NCBI RefSeq assembly: GCF_963921235.1
Contig: NC_086097.1
Span: 241,926,001 to 241,990,000 of the forward strand
DNA: 64,000 nt
Direction: 5' to 3'
Origin: Mobula hypostoma
Lineage: Eukaryota
The position numbers were made by a program, and so were the translations under genes. The notes under the pieces were generated by a model, which was given only the letters and a program-made list of their open reading frames with translations, made no database searches and was not told where the DNA came from. Position 1 is the first letter of the stretch; every line of letters begins with the position of its first letter. This document shows, in pieces, positions 12,860 through 25,149 of this stretch.

Positions 12860-14750
12860 TACAAGACCACACGACATAGGAGCAGAATGAGGCCTTTCAG
12901 TCCATCAAGTCTGCTCCATCATTCCATCGTGGCTGATCTCAGATCCCACTCAACCCTTTCTCGCCATACCCTCTGATTGCCTGACCTATTAGGAAACGAT
13001 CAATTTCCACCTTAAATAGACTTCTCCGCAGTCTGTGGCAAAGTACTCCACAGATTCACCACTCTCTGGCTAAAAAAAATTCCTCCTTACCTCCATTCTA
13101 AAAGGTCACCCTTCAGTTTTGAGGCTGTGCCCTCTTGTTCTGGATACCCCCACCAGAGGAAACATCCTCTCCACATCCACCCTATCTAGTCCTTTCAACA
13201 TTCAGTAAGTTTCAAATGAGATCGCCCACATTCTTCCGAATTCCAGTGAGTACAGGCACAAAGCTGCCAAACGCTGCTCATATGTTAAACCCCTTCATTC
13301 CCAGAATCATCCTCATGAACCTCCTCTTGACTCTCTCCAATAACAACACATCCTTTCTGACATATGGAGCCCAAAACTGTTGACAATACTTCAAGTTTGG
13401 CCTGACTAGTGTCTTATAAGGCCTCAATACCATCTCCTTGAGTTTATATTCTATTCCCCTTGAAATAAATGCCGACAATGTATTTGCCTTCTTTGCCACA
13501 GACTCAACCTGTAAATTAACCTTCTGGAAGTCTTGCACGAAGACTCCCTAATTCCCTCTGCACCTCTGATGTTTGAACATTCTCCCCATTTAGATAATTG
13601 TCCGCACTATTGTTCCTTTTACCAAAATGTATTATCATACATTTCCCAACACTATATTCCATCTACCACTTTTTTTGCCCATTCTTCCAATTTGTCTAAA
13701 TCCTGCTGCAATCGCAATCCTTCCTCAGCACTATCTATCCATCCACCTATCTTCTTATCATCCGCAAACTTGCCACAAATTCCATTATCTAAATCACTGA
13801 CAAACAATATGAAAAATAGTGGTCTCAATACTGACCCCTGAGGAGCACCACTGGGCACTGATAGCCAACCAAAAAAGGCCCCATTTATTCTCATTCGCTG
13901 CCTCTTGCCTGTCAGCCATTCATCTATCCATTCCAGTATCTTTCCTGTAACACCACAGGGTTTTATCTTGTTAAATAGCCTCATGTGAGACTCCTTATCA
14001 AATGTGTTCTGAAAATCTAAGTAAATGACATCCACTGCCTCTTTGTCCACCCTGCTTGTTACTTCCTGGAAGAACTCTTAACAGATTTATCAGGCAAGAT
14101 TTCCCTTAACGGAAACCATGCTGACTTTGACTTATTTTATCATTAGTCTCCAAGTACCCCAAAACCTCATCCTTACTAACTGACTCCAACACTTTCCCAA
14201 CCACTGAGGTCAGGCTAACTGGCCCATAATTTCCTTTCTTTTGCCTTCCTCCCTTCTTAAAAGAGTGGAGTGCCATTGGAGATTTTCCAGTCCTCTGGGA
14301 CCATGCCAGAATCAAGTGATTCTTGAAAGATCATAACCAATGCATCCATCATCTCTTCAGCAACTTCTCTCAAGACTCTGGGATGTAGTCCATCTGGTCC
14401 CAGGTGAGCTATCCACCTTAAGACCTTTGAGTTTGCCTAGCATATTTTCCTTTGTAATAGCAATGACACTCACTCCTGCTGCAACACTCACAGACCTCTG
14501 GCGCACTGCTAGTGTCTTCCACAGTGAGGACTGATGCAAAGTACCCATTAAAATTGTCCGCCATTACGACCTCATCAGCAGCATTTTCCAGTGATCCAAT
14601 ATCAATTCTCACCTCCCTTTTACTCTTAATATAATTGAAAAAGCTTATAGTATCCTGCTTTATATTATTGGCTAGTTTTTTCATCTTTTCCCTTCTCATA
14701 GCTTTCATTACTTTTTGTTGGATTTTGACAGCTTCCCAATCACTTTTGCT
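12860..14750 (-). mobile_element. CR1 LINE, 5'-truncated
   Basis: GNYGPVSLTSVVGKVLE, SQHGF, VDVIYLDFQ, PQGSVL, KFADD, LVRPNLKYC motifs and a CR1 3' UTR. Confidence 0.92.
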
Positions 14751-15100
14751 ACCATCGGTCTCCTTATATAAAAATGGACACCTTCCCTGAGTGAGGAGTC
14801 TAGAATCTCAATCACACCCTCAGAAAAGGGGACTGGATCAAGATTTGGAAGAGGATAAGAAATTTTCACTCAGAGGATTTATTATCCCTATCCTCCACAG
14901 CTGTAGGGAGTCAGTGATCAAAAGTAGAAAAGTAAAGATTAGATTCTGAGGAAAATTAAGTGGAGTGGGGTCATGACTGGAAAACGGAGATGAGGTAAAT
15001 AAGCCATGATTTTGATGAACCAGGAGAGCAGACTGGAAGGGTCGAAGTTAGTACTCTCGTTCCTTTTCCGAAGTCAAACTCGAATATATTGCTACATGGA

Positions 15101-15115
15101 GGGGGGGGGGGGGCG

Positions 15116-15171
<56 letters not shown>
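15101..15171. repeat. Compound microsatellite: G-run, (GC)6, (AC)23
   Basis: Read directly from the sequence. Confidence 0.95.
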
Positions 15172-15173
<2 letters not shown>

Positions 15174-15559
15174 GCTGGAGCAACTCTGCAGGTCAGGCAG
15201 CATCTGTGGAGGAAAATCAACAACTGATAATAGTGATAATAATTAGCCCAACTCTGATAAGTGTTCCTGATTTACTGAGTTCCTCCAGCAGATATTGTGC
15301 GTGTTACTCTTGTCATATGCACAAGTGCAATGAAAAACTTTCTTGGAGGAGCATCACAAGCACAGAACATCCAAAGACAAAAAAAATGTAAATTAAACAT
15401 AAATTATACACAACTTTCACAAGCAAATATATTTAGATCAAATAAAGTCCAGTTGAGTGCAAAGTGTAGAGTGTTCATAGGGTTGCTATACGGTTGAGAT
15501 TAGGGTCTTGCCGGTTGGTCCAAGAACTGGATGGTTAAAGGGAGGGAAGCCTTCTGTAC

Positions 15560-16416
15560 CTCCTGCCCGATGTGAGACGAGACGAGTCTCCCTGAGTTTG
15601 TGTATAGCGACAGCAGGGAACGCCGCACGTGTCAGGCCACCAGTACCGGGCACCAAGCATCAAGCATCGGGCCATCACTCACAGCCACAGACACGCTCCA
15701 CGCCTGCCGCCTTTATAGCCGGACCGAACCTTCGGCTGGCTCCCTTCCAATCCCCGAGGTTCGCGTCCCGGGCCTTGACGTCGTTACTTACGAGTCCGTC
15801 GATCTGAACCTGCTTGACGGGAGAGTCAAGCCCCGACGCCGCCGCTGCTGCCGTACTCCCCGCTTCCCTCCGCGCCGCCATCCTGCTGCTGAAAGGAGCG
15901 GAAACGAGCGGGTGACACAACTGCGTCCGCTGGATGCACCGAACGGGGAAAAGTTGTCCGCTGCGAACAGGTGAATCTTCAGCGGAATCTTTCCTTTTTA
16001 TCCCAAATTACGAGACAAAAAAAACTTTCGTAGTAGTTGGTAACATCACGTATACAAGGTATAGAATTTAATCCGGCAAATGACTTATCTATTAAGCTTC
16101 TTTTAGTTATTTGCATTCTTCTTTTGAATGAAAGGTGCATTTTGTAATATGTCACTGTTTTCGTTCACTCCTAACACTTACAAAAACTAAGGATGATGTA
16201 TTTTATGAACTTTTTTTGCTGTTTCTAAAAGACAAACAGTCCTGTCCTTCGGAACTGGGGAATGGTTAGCGGTTGCGCCTGGTGACCACGTGGATCCGGC
16301 AATGCCAACTCCTGGAGCTGAAACGCTGGAATTGAAGAGTTTTGCTACAGTTTTCTTTCAATTTTGTTTTTATTTACGCAAATACATTACCTACGCAACT
16401 TTCCTAACTACTAAAG
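15560..16416. promoter_or_regulatory. CpG island and bidirectional promoter region of EIF3H/UTP23
   Basis: CpG-dense 15560-15990 in an otherwise CpG-poor window; divergent ATGs 535 bp apart; CACGTG E-boxes at 15626-15631 and 16287-16292. Confidence 0.75.
15792..15881 (-). CDS. EIF3H: Eukaryotic translation initiation factor 3 subunit H, coding exon 1 (30 aa); remaining exons lie outside the window (left of base 1)
   Basis: Translates MAARREAGSTAAAAASGLDSPVKQVQIDGL, matching the eIF3h N-terminus (..DSAVKQVQIDGL|VVLK). Followed directly by a GTAAGT donor (phase 0), in a CpG-rich island, syntenic with UTP23 and RAD21. Confidence 0.93.
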
Positions 16417-16604
16417 ATGAAAATTAAACGACAGAAAACCGCAAGAAAACTTATTTCGTTTTATAAACATAACTATGGCTTCCGAGAACCTTTCCAGATC
16501 CTTTTTGATGGGACTTTTTGTCAAGCCGCGCTGAAGAATAAAATTCAGATCAAGGAGCAGATACCCAAGTATCTGATGGGAGAGGTACAGCTGTGCACAA
16601 CTTC
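16417..16604 (+). CDS. UTP23: rRNA-processing protein UTP23, exon 1
   Basis: MKIKRQK...FREPFQILFDGTFCQAAL...YLMGEVQLCTT; GTAAGT donor at 16605; 188 nt, phase 2. Confidence 0.96.
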
Positions 16605-17072
16605 GTAAGTGTTTTCGTCAAATTGCATATTATTTTGACTTAGTAATGTGTAGTCATCTTGTTTTAAGGCATCGTCTAGGTTGCACGATTTCAAAAATGT
16701 TAGAAGCAGGTTTTACCGTCTTATGTGACGTGAAAATTCAGCGGCAGCAGTGCAGTGCAAAGACAGTAACTATAATTTACTACATGAATATTGCAAAATA
16801 AAGGAATAGTGTTCATGGACTATTCAGAAATCTGATGGTGGAGAGGAAGAACCTGTTCCAGAATTGTGGGCCTTCAGCCTCCTCTACCTCCTCGCTGATG
16901 GTAGTAACGAGAAGAGGGATGGTGAGAACCTTTAGCAATGAATGCCATCTTCTTGAGGTACCGAGACTTGTAGATGTCCGCAGTGGTGGGAAGGGTTTTA
17001 CTGTGATGGACCTGACCGTGTCTGTGACCCTGTACAACCTCTTACGATCCTGTGTATTTGGTGTGTTAGAGG

Positions 17073-17391
17073 ATGGGTGGCGGGATGGAAATGCCTGCAG
17101 GTCACCCTTGGGCAAGGTGTAGCACCTGCTTAGCCCTCCCCACTCTGGGGGGGGGGGTCAAGGTCATGTGAAGCCACGGGAGCACGTCGCAAGTCCTGGT
17201 TATGTGACCGTTGATGCCAGGCAGACAATCTCTGAGGAGTATTGATAATGGCTGGGAGTCACCCGTAAAGACACTGCCCAGAAGAAGGCAATGGCAAACC
17301 ACTTCCATAGAAAGATTTGCCAAGAACAGTCATGGTCATGAGACCATGGTCATCCACGTAATGCGACACAGCACATAATGATGGTGATGAT
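17073..17391 (+). mobile_element. RTE-related SINE inserted in a minus-strand Rex1-like remnant (about 16700-17490); other copies at about 58003-58270 and 62390-62660
   Basis: 7-bp TSD TTAGAGG; GAAGAAGGCAATGGCAAACCAC motif; (GAT)n tail. Confidence 0.7.
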
Positions 17392-17553
17392 TTAGAGGCT
17401 TCACAACAGGCTGCAATGCAACCTGTCTGAATACTCTCCCGCTGTATATTTATAGAGATTTGCAAGAGTGTTTGGTGACAAACCAAATCTCATTGTCATT
17501 TATTATAGTTCAATAAGAGTAAAATTAATAAATGTTTTTTTTTATTTCTCTAG

Positions 17554-17728
17554 TTGTGTCCTGAAAGAGCTGGAATCACTTGGGAAGGAATTATATGGTG
17601 CCAAATTGATAGCTCAACGATTTCAAGTTAGAAACTGCGGTCATTTCAAAAACCCTGAAAGTGCCTCAGCTTGTCTTTTGTCGATGGTTAAAGATAATAA
17701 TCCTCATCACTATTTTGTGGCCACGCAG
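17554..17728 (+). CDS. UTP23: UTP23 exon 2
   Basis: Polypyrimidine tract and TAG acceptor; CVLKELESLGKELYGAKLIAQRFQVRNCGHF...CLLSMVKDNNPHHYFVATQ (Cys/His zinc ligands); GTAACA donor; 175 nt. Confidence 0.97.
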
Positions 17729-19344
17729 GTAACATTAATAGAATTTTGGCATCTCTTTTATTATCTTTACTTTGAAATTTGGATTTAGACCATTGCTGGT
17801 ATCAAGTGCTTTGTGAAGAAGATTTACTTAATCTTGAGCCTCAGTTTTTATTTAGTTTTTATTTGGAGATACAGCACATTAACAGGCCCTTCTGGCCCAT
17901 TTCACCAAATTACACTTGTATGTGACCAATTAACCTGTACAGTTTCTGGAATGTGTGAAGAAGCCAGTGACTTGAGAGCCCCACACAGTCATGCGAAGAA
18001 CATGCAGCAGCGGAATTGAACCTCTGTTGTTGGCACTGTAATAGCGTTACACCAGCCACTACGATACTATGCCACAACCCAGTTTTTACCCCCATAGTTT
18101 TTGATTAGTCAGTTCCTGGTCAAACCCAGCCACAACGAGGAGATTTTGTTCATTCAACTTCACTTGCTTTAGTCAGCCTGTAGACCATGTGTGATGGTCA
18201 GCAGTTTCATTTCTAGGCAGCTCCAATGAGCTTGTAACATATCTAATTCATTCAGTGGAGTCGCATTTATAACACGGTACAATCATCTTACTTTGGGGTC
18301 AACGTCACTGCTTAGAATCACTGATGTACGGTACTGGGCAATGTCTTGGGGACATATATATAGCTGGGATCCCCAAGACATTGCCCGGTACTGTACTTGT
18401 CAACGTGGAGTGGAGAGCAAGTTTGTAAATCTAGCAAGAGCAAAGAATGTTGAGAATAGTGAGGGTGAGGAGGCACGGGAGGATTGTTGGACAAGCTCTG
18501 AGACACCAGGCTACGTCATTTGATTCCAAACAATTGGTTTATTCATCATTACAGAATGTTTTTCTGGTGCTTTCTGCTCCCTCCCTCTTCCTTCCCCTTT
18601 TCCAAAACTATGATTCCCCTCTCCCTGCTCTCTTCCTGTTCTCAGTTCACGATAGAGACCCATATTAGAATCAGGTTTATTATCACTCACATATGTCATG
18701 AAGTTTGTTCTGGTTTTTTGCAGCGGCAGCAGCAATATAGTGCAGTACGTACAATTAGTATAGTACTGTGCAAAAATCTTAGGCATCCTAGCTTTATATA
18801 TGTATGTCCTTAAGACTTTTGATGTGTATGACGTAAAGTTTATTGTTTCATTTCAGTCCGGTCTGCTGTATCTGCGATTCCGGCTTTTCCTTCTACATCC
18901 AACATTGAGGCAAGTCACTTGCTTGGAAATGCAGCAAATGGAAAAGTGGCTTTATTTGTTTCATTGTACAGCAGCTCAATGAATCTCATTACTCACTGTT
19001 TCTAAAAACATTGGCGCATCCACAAACTTCTTCAGTTGAAAGGGCTTGCACCTAGAATCTCATGGTCCACTTTGTGGATCAAATTTCATAAGTTTCATCA
19101 ATCAGTACTTCTGGCACTGACTTAAACAATAAATTAGCTGACAGTTTAACTAACAAAAAAAAAATCATTATTCCCAATGCCACAATTGTTCTTTCTTTGT
19201 GACTATCTCTATCTAGATATACTGATTTGTCCTCGCCAGTTCATAATTAAATAATATTACACCTTAGCAGTCAGTCACATAAATTCCTAACATGGTAGCA
19301 ACCATGTTACATGTCACACATAAAAATTTCCATCCCTCTGTGAG

Positions 19345-19590
19345 ACTTACTTAAACGCTATCACCCCTACTGGAGCATAGGCTGCAGACAGCAGCTCACC
19401 AGAGTTATCTGTCCTGCGCCAGCTCTTCATGTTGCCAACAGATGTGGCCCAATTTCTAGGTATGTCCCTCCTCTCCCAGATATGGGGTCTTTGGGGCTTC
19501 TGTTGGCCTTTTGTGTTGCACTGAGTTTTTATGGAATGGAGTTGCTAGCCCAGGGCCCAACCCTCCTCCCTTTGCAGCCGGGCTTGGGAC
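19345..19590 (-). mobile_element. Short RTE-derived non-autonomous element
   Basis: Minus strand begins GTCCCAAGCCCGG...GGAGGAGGGTTG (RTE 5' motif) and ends in a (TAAG)n-like tail. Confidence 0.5.
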
Positions 19591-20584
19591 TTGACATGGT
19601 GGAGTTCCGTGAGTTTTTATGTAGAAATTAATTGCACTGTCAACAGAAACAAATAACGTTTGTAACGTGATAAGAGATATCGATCGAGTGAACAACCAGA
19701 GATCTTTACGAGGGCAGAAATGGCTGTTACAAGAATCATCCTCTGTAAAAGAAGCACAAAAAGATCTGTACTTACCGACAAGTAACTTTTATTGTCTCAA
19801 CTAAAAGGTAATGGGTTCACATACCCCCTAGAATTCCCTGATCCTCCATGGACAGTCAATAGAGGGAAAAGGTTGGGAAAAGACCATAGGCTTTCCTTAT
19901 GGTCCCAATCTCCACATTTCCATGTGGTCCTCATCTGCAATGGTTGCTGGAGAGTTACTAACCTTATGTATTTGAAGCTCCTGTCTCCTAAAGTGTTCCT
20001 CATTCGTTAAACTGGTGGATCTCCATCCCATTGGCTCAGGGTCACCTTCTTCATAGAAAGGGACTTTGCTTTCTCCACCATCAACAAGGCGCTCAACTGC
20101 ATCACTTTCATTTCATGCACGTCTGCTCAACATCCCATCCTCCCGCCAACTTCTGGTTCTAGTTCCCGGTTACAACAATGTTGTTTCATGGTTGTGCACC
20201 CTCCCCCCCCCCCCCCCCCTGGCTTTCAACTCTGACTGGCCCAAATCAGTTAAACTAGGTGACCCAGTCTATGGGTCTAACGAGATTACAGATGGCTTAA
20301 TTGCTGTGTATGACACTTCACATAATAAATAGCTACGCATCTGAGAATGGTCTTGGGTTTAGCAGGTCATTACCTGAAGCTCCTTGTGTCCACATTCAAT
20401 TGCACGGATTAGATTATCCCAGAGCAAGAATCATTTCAGTCTACAAAATGGCGGGGTGGGGGGGGGGGGCAAAGATAATTGGTTTGTCCGCTACCCATGT
20501 CCTTGATTCATCAAAGATCCATTAATTTGTAGACTGCAGTTTCTTCTGGCCAGATGACAGATGGTTTAAAATTAAGGTGATAGG

Positions 20585-22507
20585 AGGAAAGTATAGGGCG
20601 GAATGACAGAGATAAGCTCTTTACATAGAGAGTGATAGGTGCATGGTACCAGGGATGGTGGTAGAGGCAGATACATTAGGGGCATTTAAGAAACCCCTAC
20701 AGAGCCCAATGTATGATAGAAATATGACAGTTTATAGAAACATAGAAAACCTAAAGCACAATACAGGCCCTTCGGCCCACAAAGCTGTGCCGAACATGTC
20801 CTTACCTGAGAAATTACCTAGGGTTACCAATAGCCCTCTATTTTTCTAAAATCCATGTACCCATCCAGGAGTCTCTTAAAAGACCCTATCGTATCCACCT
20901 CCACCACCATTACCGGCAGCACATTCCACGCACTCACCACTCTCTGCGTAAAAAAAAAAACTTACTCCTGACATCTCCTCTGTACCTACTTTCAAGCACC
21001 TTAGAACTGTGCCCCCTCACATTAGCCATTTCAGCCCTCGGAAAAAACCTCTGACTATCCACATGATCAATGCCTCTCATCATCTTATACACCTCTATCA
21101 GGTCACCTCTCATCCTCCGTCACTATAAGGAGAAAAGGCCAAGTTCACTCAACCTGTTTTCATAAGGCAGGGGTCCCCAACCTTTTTTGCATTGCGGACC
21201 GGTTTAATAATGACAATATTCTTGTGGACTGGCCAACCGGGTGGGGGGTGGGGGGTGGGGGTAGGGTTGCCAACGGACAAGAGTAGCAGTCAAATACGTT
21301 GTTTACCCAGAAAGACTACAATGACCGTGAAGCCTTGTGCGGGCACCAGTCCCCCCCCCCCAGGGGGTGGGTGTTAATCACTACTGAAATATAGGCGGTA
21401 AGTGGGTAATACACTCAATTTTGTATCTAAAAGGGTTTATCTAACGAATTTAATATTAAACACACAGCGCATATTTTCCTCGCATGAATACAGTGATAAG
21501 TCAATTATCAGGGGAGGACAGGGGAGCTTGAGGTAAGTGTTGAACAAATTTCCAGTAGAAGTGGTAGAGGCAGGTTTGATATTATCATTTAAAGAAAAAT
21601 TGGATAGGTATATGGACAGGAAAGGAATGGAAGGTTATGGGCTGTGTGCAGGTTGGTGGGACTAGGTGAGAGTAGCGTTCGGCACGGACTAGAAGGGCCG
21701 AGATGGCCTGTTTCCGTGCTGTAATTATTATATGGTTATACAAGTCACTTATAAGTCAATAGCATCATAACATTTTAAGTAACATTTGGATATTATACAC
21801 ACAGCACATATTTTCCCCGTATAAATATATAAAATTATTGCAACACACCAATATCGCTGAATCAGTGGGAGCCTTGGGCTTGTTTCCCTGCAACAACACC
21901 GTCCTATCCAGGGGTGATGGGAGACAGCGATACTCGAAGGGGGTTCCTTATGTCCATTCTATTCTGCAGTTTAGTTTTCGTTGCATTCATTGTAGAAAAC
22001 TTCGCTTCGCAGAAAAATGTTGGAAATGAAAGCAACGTTTTCAGTGCTTTCGTGGCTATCTCAGGATATTTAGCCTTGACTTTGATCCAAAATGCCGACA
22101 GAGATGTTATGTCAAACATACTTTTCAGCCCATCATCATTTGCAAGCTCGAGGAGTTGATCTCCTTCCCACCCTGACACGGATGACGCGTGGGTAATGAC
22201 CTCGCATGCATAATGGCTGATCAGTGGCCGTGACAGGGAATGAGGAAAGGTGCAGCTGACTCATATCGCCAAATCATATCGTTTCCTCGCGGCCCGGTAC
22301 CAGTCCACGGCCCGGTGGTTGGGGACTGCTGTCATAAGGCATGTTCCCCAATCCACGTAACAGCCTCGTAAATCTCCTCTGCACCCTTTCTGTGGTTTCC
22401 GCATCCTAATATGTAGAAGGGAAGAGTTAGACCGATCTTAGAGTAAGTTAAAAGCTCGCACAATATCATAGGCCGAAGGACCAGTACTGTGCTGTTATGC
22501 TCTATGT
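20585..22507. mobile_element. Nested CR1 3' ends (a minus copy inside a plus copy), itself split by a hAT element
   Basis: CR1 3' UTR motifs (GGCCGAAGG..TACTGTGCTG..TATGTT) in both orientations. Confidence 0.75.
21168..22331 (-). mobile_element. Non-autonomous hAT (Charlie/Buster type) with transposase C-terminal remnant
   Basis: TIRs CAGGGGTCCCCAACC / GGTTGGGGACTGCTG, perfect 8-bp TSD TCATAAGG; FWIKVKAKYPEIA..FPTFFCEAKFS..KTKLQNRMD at 21904-22179. Confidence 0.92.
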
Positions 22508-23429
22508 TACATGTGCCATTGATTCATATTGTAGTCACATGATTTATGATCCTGACATGAAATTTGACCAAGATGACTCAGAAAATTAATAGTTTCAATC
22601 AGCTTTCAGTCTGTCATTTTTTCCTTGTTTATCCTGCCAGCATTCTGGCCTTATCATTACCACAGATTGGATAGGTACATGGATGGGAGAGGTATGGAGG
22701 CTATGGTCTGGGTGTGGGTCGATGGGATGGGTTGGCATGGAGTAGATGAGCCAAAGGGCTTGTTTCAGTGTTGAACTGCTCAATGACTCGAATAACTTAT
22801 GCAGTACAAACTTTTGACAATGAGAAATACAAAGCAGATAATTATTTTAGATAATAAAATTACATACATCTTCCAGCACTAGCAAGTTATTTACTCATTT
22901 AGATTGTACTGTATTAGCAAATCTCCAACATGCTGCAGGGATGTCCTTCAGTTTTAGTGGTGTTACTACAGTATATTCTGATGTAAACCATGGGGTACTG
23001 CTTGAGTGTATAGAAACAGGACATTTAGCTCAACAAACCCTTACAAGTATCAATGTGCAACACTATGCCATCTCTCTGCGTCACAGAGAGAGAGACTCAA
23101 GCTGGTGGATATAGAAGTATTTATTTGACTTAGATGACGATCAGACCACATTTTATGAATAATTAATGCAGAAAACCAGATAATTGCAAAGGGTGCACCA
23201 ACTTTTTCTTGCAACTGTACAGTGCAGTTTTTGGTTCACAGGGTAATACCATCTTCTAACAAGACTGTATTGAAAACTTATCCTTGTTCTTTTCCTTTTA
23301 TCGTTATTCTTTCTCCTCATTCCACTCTTACTCTTTATTTTTCTTATCATGTTATTTCCGCCTCCATTTGCTTTCTCTCTCTCTTTAAATTTGGTCAGTT
23401 TCCTCTCTTCCCACCGACCAATCCCAGGA

Positions 23430-24290
23430 ATCAATTTGTAGTGAACCTTCAATGTACTCCCTCTGAGACACAGGCACTTTCTGTCATGCATATTCAAGGA
23501 TTGTAACCCTTTGAATTTCTTTGTTTCTCACTATTTGAAAAACTATTCTATTTTGTTTTTTCTTGCCAAGATGGATAACTTCAATGCTGTATATGTGAGT
23601 TCTTTCTCGTTCATTCAACTCTCCCAGTCTATCTGTAATCTCGTGAGATTTATCTTTTCTCCAGACGTTTTTCTCCACCTGGCTCTCCCCCATCTGCAGC
23701 AAGGATATATTACATCCTGTTCTTTCAAGCATCCATTAATATCAGCTGTGAATGATTGAAGCCAGGTGTTGATGCTGTGATACCACACTAGCCATACCAA
23801 CCTGAAAATTACATTTATTCTTCCTCTGGTTTTCACTGTTATCCCCAACCCCATTTTGAGCAATAACCTCTCAAATGACGTTGAATTGAATGTTGTTTTG
23901 AAATTCAGATACTCGACCTCCATTCATCATCCTCACCTACTCTGCTAGTCACAACCTCAAAAAAAACATTTTCTGTAGGTTCTGTACTGAATTTCGATTA
24001 TAACATAATTTTCTAAGCTCTTTGCTACCATGTCATAAATAATTATTATAACAGATTCAAACTTAATAACTTATGGTGTTCTGGTTTCTCACTCTCTACA
24101 TTTGGTTTGTGTTTTCTGTCTTCTGATCTTAGGGTTAAGTTACTAAATTCCAGAATTATCAAAACCAGTGCCTTTACTCTCTCTCTACCAGATAATTTTA
24201 AAGTTGTATGATGTAAGGCATGAGACCTGGGAATTTTTAGCATTTAGTTCACTACTTCTTCACTATGTCATTACTATTTCCAAGATGCTT
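23430..24290 (-). mobile_element. Old, heavily degraded CR1/L2-type RT remnant
   Basis: Residual VEYLNFKTTF and EVIHLGKK motifs. Confidence 0.45.
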
Positions 24291-25149
24291 TTGAAGACAT
24301 CTATCATTATCATTTCTCTTTCTTCTCCGTGTAAAGTGTTAATTTAGCATTGATTATTACATAAATAACTTAAGCTCCAACAATCTGTTTTGTTATCTTG
24401 GTGATTTTCATATTTTTTATTTCTTTTTCTTCAAGCCATGTTGAACTACTTTTCTTCATGTTTTTATTCCATAAGCTATTGTATTTTAATTAAAAATTTT
24501 GAATTACAGTATTTCTTTGAAAATTTGCTCTAGCTTACCTGCCTTATCTTTTCATAGAACATTACAGCACTGTACAAACGCTTTGGCTCACAATGTTGTG
24601 CCAACCTTTTAACTTGCTCTTAGATTGCACCATGGTAGTGTGGCAGTTAGCGTAATGCTGTTACAAGTTGGGACATCCCAGAGTTCGGAATTCAATTCTG
24701 GCCCAGATCTGTAAGGATTCTCTGTATGTCCTCCTCGTGGAATGTATGAGTTTTACCCAGGTGCTCCAGTTTCCTCCCACAGTCCAAAGATGTACATGGT
24801 GGGATAATTGTCCTGTGATTAGGTTAGGATTAATCAGGTTTGTTGGGGTTTACTGTGGTAGCGTGGCTCAAAGGGCCAGACTAAAAATAACATAAAATAA
24901 TCCTATCCTCTCACATAGCCCTGCATTTTTCTATCATCCATGTGCCTATCTATCTAAGTGGCTCTTAGATGTCCCGAATGTATTTGCCTCAATCATCGCT
25001 CCTGCACCTGCCACTTTCTGTGTAAAGACACATGCCTCCAATCATCTTAAAATTATGTGCTCTCATATTAGCTATTTCCACCCTGGGGAAAAGTCTCTGG
25101 CTGTCCACCCTACCTATGCTTCTTATCGTCTTATACACCTCTATTGTCA

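Noticed and set aside
1..15790. EIF3H exon 2 (VVLKIIKHYQEEG...)
   Set aside because: Not found by eye or in the ORF track; presumed to be left of the window.
15675..15920. 81-aa ORF as the EIF3H exon
   Set aside because: It starts at TTG and reads through the GTAAGT donor; only 15792-15881 matches eIF3h.
15508..15974. Plus-strand ORFs of 99 and 124 aa over the CpG island
   Set aside because: GC-rich, stop-poor sequence antisense to EIF3H with no recognisable domain.
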